Shown here: positions 54,905 to 64,000 of the stretch, piece by piece
How positions within the stretch are numbered: the stretch's first letter is position 1
Layout of the letters: each line of letters opens with the position of its first letter
Source of the DNA: the human T2T-CHM13v2.0 reference genome, Homo sapiens
Strand: one strand, 5' to 3'
DNA: 64,000 nt
NCBI RefSeq assembly: GCF_009914755.1
Contig: NC_060934.1
Notes under the pieces: generated by a model
Seen by the model: the letters and a program-made list of their open reading frames with translations, nothing else
Databases searched by the model: none
What the model was told of the DNA's origin: nothing
Position numbers and translations under genes: made by a program

Positions 54905-55679
54905 TTATACCTTTTTTCTGTAATAGAGACTTGTTGCTCTACTAATATTCCCTGAGACTGACCTAATTGGCAGCATGTTCTTCCTAAATTGTCGGTTTTT
55001 GGACTGAGATTTCTGAGATTGCCTTGGAGAGAAATAGAGGGGTTGGGATGGGGAAAAAGAGACTACACCTTCCTTGCCTTAAGTTTAAGTCACCACTTCT
55101 CTAGGGACTTGCTCTGACATCTTTGTTGTGAAAAGCGCAAGGGAAACAAAACAGTTTAAGTTGTCACTGGGTTGTTCTACAGGTGCTGGTGATGTGCAGC
55201 AAGGTAAGGAAACTCCTGCTTTTCCTCCCTGTGTAGAGCTGCTCATCTGCACACCCAGGCTAAAAGCCCATTGTGATCAACTCTAGGGAACTAGCCACAT
55301 TTTCCCATGTCAGAAACATCGGTTTTTGAATATTACACCAGTTTGAGATGTAAATAATTTTTATTGTTTTGGTGTTTGTCATATAATTTGTTTTGACCTG
55401 TAAATTCTAGAAATTCTACAAATTGCCAAGAATGGCTTTACCCTAAAGCACCATCTAACTGTGAAGACTTGATGCCACAAATAGCATTTGACAAGCTTAG
55501 ATCAGGGTAGAATACTAGTAGATATTTTAATTTAACTATACTATTTGAAAATTATAGAAGTCAGACCTTGGAAATTATAAAAGCCTGTAGAATTCTAGAC
55601 TTGAACTGAAAGCCCACAATTTATTTTGGGGGCATTCTTGTGTTTAAATAAGATGTCAAAATCAGTTTTTGTTTGACAG

Positions 55680-55797
55680 GGTGACTTTACAAGGACAGGA
55701 GAAAGGAAGTTAGCAGGAGTTATGAAAGATGGAGTGAACTCAGCAAACAGATATTACCTCAACCGATTTAAGGATGCTTATAGGCAAGCTGTTATAG
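55680..55797 (+). CDS. INPP5F: INPP5F exon 14 (GDFTRTGERKLAGVMKDGVNSANRYYLNRFKDAYRQAVI)
   Basis: Acceptor tttgacag, donor gtaaga; 118 nt; DFTRTGxR motif. Confidence 0.97.
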
Positions 55798-57336
55798 GTA
55801 AGAAGCAGAAAAGCTTTTCTTTCCTCAAAATTTATGTCTTCTGTGACTAATATTTTACAGAAACCAGCTTCATTAACATAATTCATATTTTGTAATATAC
55901 TTGTGTTTCTGTATTGAGCATCTTACCCAATATATCAAATTCAAATTTTTACAAGATTAGAATTTGACAAATATTTTTGGCTGGAGCAACAAAAGAAACC
56001 ATCTATTTTCCATGCATATTTGTCAGTTTATTACTCAGGTAATAGAAAGCAGGGTTTGAAGCTCCTGGAGTGTGGAATAAGGTGCCCTAAAACCTCAACA
56101 ATTAAAAACTTCATATTCCGTTTGTTTTCTCATTACTCAAGGCTGAGCAATGTAACCAGATTATTTTTCCTGTATATTATTTGTTCTGTGTTCTTGCTGT
56201 GGACAAATATACCAGCCTTTTCCATAAGCATGGTTTATCAGAATATTAGGGTACCAGATTTAGAGATTACCCTAACCAACTCATCATTTTTTTGGAAGAG
56301 GAAATGGAAGGATAGATTGCCCAGTAGAATGTATGCATTGACATTTTAAAAATTTAATACTCATGAAGATGTTACTGTATAGGATTAAAGTAAATGCAGA
56401 GTGTTCTGGATTAGAACCAAATGTAACATAGCTGACCTGTGGTCCCTGAGGGTCTTTTTGAAATCTTATTTCTTCACCTGATGATTTAGTGCACACATCA
56501 GACTAGTAGGGCCTAGACACAGGCCACTTAGGAATTTGAGAAGTCTGATGTGAAGATGTTTGACTTATTTGCCAGACATGGAGGGTGCATGCTGTGACTA
56601 CAGAATTGGATTTTAGCAGTTGATATTCAAGGAAAAAAGAAGATATCTTACTTCCATTCGTTGACCTAGCTACTCAGTTATATCACTGAGGACCTCAGTT
56701 CTGTCCTCTCAGTTCAGCCATCCACAGCATCAGCTGCATCCAGATCCTGAAGCTGGCTGAGAGATCTTCAAGGTTGAGAGATAGAAGCCAGTAGCAATCT
56801 GTGCTTGTCTCTTTCCTGTGTAGGGCCAGTGGTTGGCAGGTCTTCTTTCGCTGAAGCCTCCTCGAGTGTCATTGTCCCATGAGACAATGAGATAGGGAGG
56901 AATAACTCCATAGGGAATGGGATTATAATGATTTATTAAGGCTGCGCCGCATGCCCCACCAAGAGGAAGTTAGCTTGTCTGTTCAGATCTTTGCTCATTT
57001 TACAATTGCCTTATCTTTTTATTATTGATTTATACCAGATAGATGAATTGTAAATATTTTCTCCTGTTCTAGGGGTTATCTTTTCACTTTTGTGATGGTG
57101 CCCTTTGAAACACAGTTTTTAATTTTTATGATGTCCAGTTTGTCTGTTTTTTCTTCTTTTATTGCTTATGATTTTAGTGTCATATCTTAAAAATCATGCC
57201 TAATCCAAGGTTACAAAGATTTATGCTTGTGTTTTCTTCCAAGAGCTTTACAGTTTTAGGTCTTACATTCTCTTTTGTTTTTTAAAAATATATTAGTAAA
57301 CTAAAATGATGATAGATATTAACAATTCCACCCTAG

Positions 57337-57535
57337 ATTTGATGCAAGGCATTCCAGTGACAGAAGATCTTTATTCCATATTTACCAAGGAGAAAGAACA
57401 TGAAGCTTTGCATAAGGAAAATCAGAGAAGCCACCAGGAACTAATTAGCCAGCTCTTACAAAGTTACATGAAGTTACTACTGCCTGATGATGAGAAGTTC
57501 CATGGGGGCTGGGCCCTCATTGACTGTGACCCTAG
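57337..57535 (+). CDS. INPP5F: INPP5F exon 15 (DLMQGIPVTEDLYS...GGWALIDCDP)
   Basis: Acceptor ccaccctag, donor gtgagt; 199 nt, phase 1 to 2; continues the frame of exon 14. Confidence 0.96.
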
Positions 57536-58949
57536 GTGAGTTGGAGTGGTGTCCAGGTGACCAGCTTGCTTAACTGATGTTGGGAAGTTGTCATGATTAA
57601 CACTGGCAGTTGTCCCTAAAGCTGTGGGCATGGATGCATGGCGCGTGACTATTTCCTCTATGAGCTGGTAGTGAGGCAAGCTGACTGAGGCACTTGCCTT
57701 GGATGCAAAATTAAGGGGGTTCTAAAAACTTGGTAATGAAGAAAAATATTTTAGTGCAGTATTTGATTAAACAAAATTCAAATTGCCAAACTACAGCCTG
57801 CAGCTGGCTGTGGGTTCCCCACTCCCTGCCCTAGAATCTAGGTTTATTGTATTAATGCACATAAGTGAGTGCAACAAGAGGTGTAGTGAGGCTGGGTATT
57901 TTTATTGGTTATAAAGTGGTCCTGGCCTTTTATAAAATAAATAGGTCAACTAATATTCTTTTTTTTTTTTTTTTAACAAAAACCGGTTTCAAGTGGTTCT
58001 TCAAAATATCAATGAATAGTGGGATCTAAATTTATCCACTAGATTGAATGCTTGCCTTTAGGCTGAAATCTAAAATCATAATCTTTAATATTATAAATCA
58101 GAGACATTTTGGGAAATTGTAGCCCAAGCTTTAAGAATAAAGCACTCTAGTTCTATTTTATCTCATACGTTTTGTGTGTTTTTAGTAAGAGGGGCATAAA
58201 ATGTGCTTGAAAGTACAATTAAAGATAGTATTTATGTATTAAAAGGAATAAAAAACGTTGACTGTGGATTCATAGGGAAACATCCCATGATATTAATCTC
58301 ATGGATTTTTTTCACTTTGATAGTAAATACTGTTATGTATGGATATAATATGTGGACTTTAAAAATAAGAGATGAATTTTCCTCACACACAACCTAGCAG
58401 AAGGTTTTTGTGTTTGTTTAAGCCATTTGGTAAAGCTATTTTGATTCATGTCCTTCACTTGTATTTTTAGTGGCAGCAATCCAACTTAATATAGCACCAA
58501 AAAAAAAAAAAAGAGTACTTTTACTTCCCATTCAGAAATAACTGCTGGCAGCACACCTGCATTTTCCTTGAGTTTTAACTGCACTTAGATTTTTAAGAGG
58601 GTATCAATATCATGATTGTCAATATCATCTTTCTTCAGTCAAGTGTTTTTGTGTCTACTTTGGGATAATCAAAATTGGGAAAAACCAAAAGGTTTATTTC
58701 TAGTGTTGGCTACGATTTTGTAGGGTCACATTACACTTGATGATTTGATTTCCAATTCTGTAATTTTTATGGAAAATTGGTACCCTGGGGTGAAGAGTAT
58801 TAGAAAATGTAAAGTGTATATAGCTTTGCTATTTAAAGTTTGCAACAAAGTCTGGGTAAGGATGCTTTAAGAGTCATTAGAAGCCTCTTGCAAAGATTCA
58901 TAAAAACATACTTATTTCTGGCAATTATATTAATAAAAATAATGAATAA

Positions 58950-60000
<1,051 letters not shown>

Positions 60001-60018
60001 AAAGTTCCCAATGAAGAA

Positions 60019-60081
60019 TAACTTACCATGAGTCACACGTAACTTATCATCAGTCACACGTAACTTACCATCAGTGACACG
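60019..60081. repeat. 3x21 bp minisatellite
   Basis: taacttaccatgagtcacacg / taacttatcatcagtcacacg / taacttaccatcagtgacacg. Confidence 0.95.
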
Positions 60082-60282
60082 TGTTAGACAGCAAGGGCCA
60101 GTGCATCCTTCCTGTTTCTCATTGCTGCCTTTGGGCTGTACAGCTGAGGAGTTCTTCCCCAAAAAGCAGCTGCCCACTCTCCTTCATGACAAGTGAAGCT
60201 GAAACACACGCATTCAGTGCGTTATCAGGTTTTCAGCACATGGGGCTACCCCTAAAGATGACCCAGATAGTCTCACATGGCA

Positions 60283-62225
60283 TGATGGACAATGAAACCT
60301 TTAAGTTCATTTTGTTTAATCCTTATTGCTGCTTTGCCTTTAGATGCTAACCTGGTCCAGGGCTTGCAGCTGCCCCACTGTGGGTCTCAGGCTGAGCTTT
60401 CTGCTGAGTTTGCCTTTTAGTTGTATGTTTGTTTCTTGTTTCTTCTACTTTTTTTGTTTTTTTTTGGACAGCGTCTCGCTCTGTCGCCCAGGCTGGAGTG
60501 CAGTGGCGCGATCTCGGCTCACTGCAAGTTCCGCCTCCTGGGTTCACGCCATTCTTCTGCCTCAGCCTCCTGAGTAGCTGGGACTATAGGCACCTGACAC
60601 CACACCCGGCTAATTTTTTGTATTTTTAATAGAGATGGCGTTTCACCCTGTTAGCCAGGATGGTCTCGATCTCCTGACCTCGTGATCCACCCGCTTCGGC
60701 CTCCCAAAGTGCTGGGATTACAGGTGTGAACCACTGTGCCCAGCCCTCTACTTCTTTATTGTTTTGGGATAGCTTCCACTGGGGGCCTCTAAGTCTCCCA
60801 ATTACTTTCCAATTTGTTGTCGGATTCCCTGACTCTCTTGCTCAGATGTTGCTAAACAGTGTTTTTTCCTCTGATTCTTTCTTAGATGGTCAGTTGCCAA
60901 GAGTGATTGTGAGAGTATTCTTTACCTGTGTTACGTGCCAGAGCCTCCACTGCCATCCTTATCTTCTTCCTTGTGGTCATTGGTATCCAAAATAGACCCG
61001 TCAGAGTCACTGGCTCAGTGATTCCCTTTGATCTTCATCCTTTGGGACACTGAAAGATTCTGAAGATCTTCCCATCAATGTAGGAATCATTAGCTGAGGT
61101 GCTGTCTTTCCTGATGTATTGTTGGTTGTGAAAATGTTGTCTTCTCTGATGTGTAAACCAGTGTCTGATGCAGAGTGGTTCTGTCTGTTGGCTCTTCAGT
61201 CCAGAGAAGCTGACTTGGGTCTAAGGCAGAGATGGGCAGGGGAGCTCCATCACTAACCAGGACAGCAGGAGTGTCTGAGGGAATGACGTGTTAATTGTCA
61301 AGAGGAGGAGGTAGAACACAGGACACAAGGGTCACTGACTTGTGGAATTTGTGTGTGGTCTGCTCTTTGGAGACAGGCATGGCTGCTAAATTTTGAGACT
61401 CTCCACTCTGTTCCGGAAAGATCTCCTCTAAAGCTCACCACGCCAGACTGATTGCATCTCACAATGGTTGAGGTGTTGGCCGCTTGCTAGATTTTCCTTG
61501 CTGTTGGTGGTCCCCGTGGTTAACGTTTTGCTAGAAACTTGTTCCTTTGAAGGTTGGGGACAGGATGAGGTGGATGTAGGAGCTAGTGAAGCCAATACTT
61601 TGGAGCCAACAGCTTCTCAGGTCATGTTTTCCTTGTTGGCTTGCGTAGCAGGATGAGGCCTGCCTACCAGGAGTCTTGGTATTTTTCTAATGGAAGGCAC
61701 TTAATGTCCCTGTGGCTGGCTCCACTGTGAGCCCCTTTTGGAGAGCCAGGTGGTTTAGGGGTTTAGGCTGGGGCACAGGAGGAGCTAGCTGGAGGAGGTG
61801 GAGCAGGGGCTGGCTCTCAGAATGGTTTTCAAGTGTTTTCTTTTCTTCTAGAGGTGATGCTTTTTCAAATAGAGAACTGTTACCTTCTTCCTACATTTTC
61901 CTCTTCCGTGGATTATGGATTACTCTTGGTGGACAGCGGATGTCATGTGCTGTTTGAGTTTTCAAAGTAACTATTGCGTTTCCATCTAGATTACAGAATT
62001 CTTTATTAACTCCTCTTTGTACAGGCATGTCTTTGTCTTGTGGGTGTGATTCTTGCTAATAATACTGCTGAGATTTCTTTGAATTTGCCACCGATATTTT
62101 TCTTCCACTTACTGCAAGGCTTAAAGATTTTCCTAGTGGTGCTCTGTTCCCCTTTCTCTTGATGAGAGATTTGGAAACCTGCTCTTGGGCCGAGTTTGCT
62201 ATAGAACCTCTGTACAGTCCATCAG
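60283..62225 (-). pseudogene. PHACTR2P1: Decayed processed pseudogene of PHACTR2 (probably the annotated PHACTR2P1), interrupted by an AluY
   Basis: Minus-strand fragments collinear with recalled PHACTR2: [96 protein letters not shown]. No introns; many stops and frameshifts. The symbol is from memory. Confidence 0.88.
60449..60745 (-). mobile_element. AluY inserted into the PHACTR2 pseudogene
   Basis: AluY diagnostics; TSD tctactt(t/c)ttt. Confidence 0.93.
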
Positions 62226-62404
62226 CTCAGCTGGAGATGTTGACCCAGAACAGAGGCTCCTGGTGGAGGACAAGAGGTGGCCCTGGAAGTGGAAGTGGGG
62301 TTGCGGGTCTCTGGAGAGCCAGGCAGCGGAAGGCTCAGCTCCCAGACTTGGGGACTTGCTCTCACTGCCTGCCTGAACCATCCACTCCTGGAATATGTGT
62401 GTGT

Positions 62405-63280
62405 GTTTAAACAGTTTTATTGAGACATATAATTCATATACCATATAATTCACCTATTTAAAATATATAATTCAGTGGTTTGTAGTATATTCAGAGTTGT
62501 GCAGCCATCACCATGGTCAATTTTAGGACATTTTCATCACCACAAAGAGAAGCCCCGTACTTTTTAGCTGTCACTTCCTTACCCTCCACACTACCATCCC
62601 TAAGCAACCACTAATCTACTTCGTCTCTGCATTTGCGTATTCTAGACATTTCATTCAAGTGGAATAATATAATACGTGGCCTTTTGTGACTGGCTGCTTT
62701 CAGTTAGCATAATGTTTTCCAGGTTAATCCATGTTGTGGCATGTGTCAGAACTTCATTCCTTTTTGTAGCTGAATAGTATTTCATTATAGACCACATTTT
62801 GTTCATTCTTCTCTTGATGGGCATTTGGGTTATTTCCACATTTTAACCATTGTAAGTAGTGCTGCTATGAACATTTGTGTACAGGTTTTCATTTGAACAC
62901 CTGTCTCTATTAAATAGTTCTTTTGGGTGGAAATGGCCAGATTATCTGATAATCCTGTTTAACTTTTGAGAAACTGCCAAACTATTTTCTACAGTGGCCA
63001 CGCCGTTTTACGTTTCCACCAGCAATGTATTTCAGTACATTCCAGTTTGGAGGGTTCCAATATCTCCAATCTTTGCCAACACTTATTTTCCTTTTTTTCT
63101 AAATGCAGTCATCCTACTTAGTGTGAAGTGGTATCTCATTGTGGTTTTGATTTGCATTTCCCTGATGACAAACGATGTTAAGGATTTTTTTTTTGTACTT
63201 GTTGGCTATTTCTGTGTCTTAGTTGGAAAAACATGTATTCAAACGCTTTGCCAAGTTTTTAATTGGGTTGTTGATTTGTA
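62405..63280 (-). mobile_element. L1MB-like 3' end fragment
   Basis: tttattgagacatataattcatataccat...gtggtatctcattgtggttttgatttgcatttccctgatg. Confidence 0.85.
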
Positions 63281-63299
63281 AATAAAGTTTTGTTGGGAA

Positions 63300-63515
63300 C
63301 AGGGTTGGGATTAGGGTCAAGTGAGTGAGGTACGATTATGCAACTACAGGGATGTATTCTATCTTAAATGTTTGATGCTTTGTCCATCATATTTATCATA
63401 TTTTTGCATTAATTTTGATTTTAAAAAATATTGCACCAATTGTCTTGTTGACAAAATTAATGACACCCTTTAAAATCTGTACCAGAGACCAGTACCTCAC
63501 TCACCTCACTGCAGT
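63300..63515. mobile_element. hAT-type DNA transposon remnant with inverted ends
   Basis: gtgagtgaggtac (63321-63333) and gtacctcactcac (63493-63505) are exact reverse complements; a related remnant lies near 57660-57790. Confidence 0.5.
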
Positions 63516-63559
63516 CCCAGCTGCGTTTAAATATCTGGTGGAAAAACAGGCAAGCATTC

Positions 63560-64000
63560 TGGAAATGCGCAGTCCCAGCAGGGAAGTAGGCCTGGCTGCG
63601 GGGTCGCGGCCTAGGGCATTGGTCGCCGGATACAGAGAACTAGAAACCGGGAACTGTCCAGCACGCCCGTGCCTGTCCTGGCCCTTCTCCCATGCAAGGC
63701 TGAGCGCAGCTCTGTCCGGGCTACCTTAGACAGACTCCATCGTGGCCAGGGCCGACCTCTCTGCCTTTCTTGTCCTTTCCCGCCCGTTATCGCAGGAAAC
63801 CCCCGACTCTATCGACAGCGGGAAAGAGGCTCTGAGACTGGAGAGGAAACCACGGACCTGCAGGGCCCGCCTCGCCTCTCCGCTAAGCCAAGTGGTGTTC
63901 CCAACTTGCTTCGACTTGCTTCCGTGCGCTCAGGTCGCCTGCCCGGTCCAGCAGTGGTAATGGAGTGGCCAGGCACGCGGCAGCCACTGTCTCTTAGGCA
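63560..64000. promoter_or_regulatory. 5' part of the intron-15 CpG island, matching the INPP5F_v2 imprinted promoter / maternally methylated DMR
   Basis: About 30 CpGs in about 460 bp against a CpG-poor intron; ZFP57 hexamer (GCGGCA, i.e. TGCCGC on -) at 63977-63982; the INPP5F_v2 DMR is known to lie in intron 15. Confidence 0.8.

Noticed and set aside
57306-57336. In-frame ATG ATG just upstream of exon 15 as an alternative start
   Set aside because: Intronic run-on of the exon frame; no promoter evidence, and the acceptor at 57336 explains the frame
63415-63960. ORFs over the CpG island as the VMA21-derived retrogene
   Set aside because: The translations show no VMA21 similarity that I can recognise; that sequence probably lies beyond the window end
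63945-63962. Possible CTCF site ccagcagtggtaat
   Set aside because: The 3' half departs from the CCASYAGRKGGCRS consensus; too weak to call by eye

Overview
Human (hominid) genomic DNA from inside INPP5F (SAC2, a SAC-domain PI4P phosphatase), transcribed on the + strand. The window opens within long intron 2 and holds 13 coding exons (exons 3-15 by my recalled numbering). I spliced them by hand: all have GT-AG ends and compatible phases, and exon 12 carries the CX5RT catalytic motif CMDCLDRT. The window ends in intron 15 at the start of a CpG island whose position matches the known imprinted INPP5F_v2 promoter/DMR; a ZFP57 hexamer is present. The introns are rich in repeats: roughly 40 Alu/FLAM copies, a full-length antisense SVA with target-site duplication, a full-length 7SL pseudogene, MaLR/MLT2 LTR remnants, Tigger/MER DNA transposons and old L1/L2. 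A heavily decayed antisense PHACTR2 processed pseudogene lies about 1.2 kb before the CpG island and is not visible in the ORF track. Other notable structures are a probable Alu-bounded local inversion in intron 12, an intron-5-retention/exon-6 poly(A) route to a short protein, a duplicated branch-point region, and a recursive-splice-like site. Almost all ORFs in the supplied track are repeat-derived. Repeat boundaries are approximate and subfamily names come from memory of consensus sequences, not from a search.
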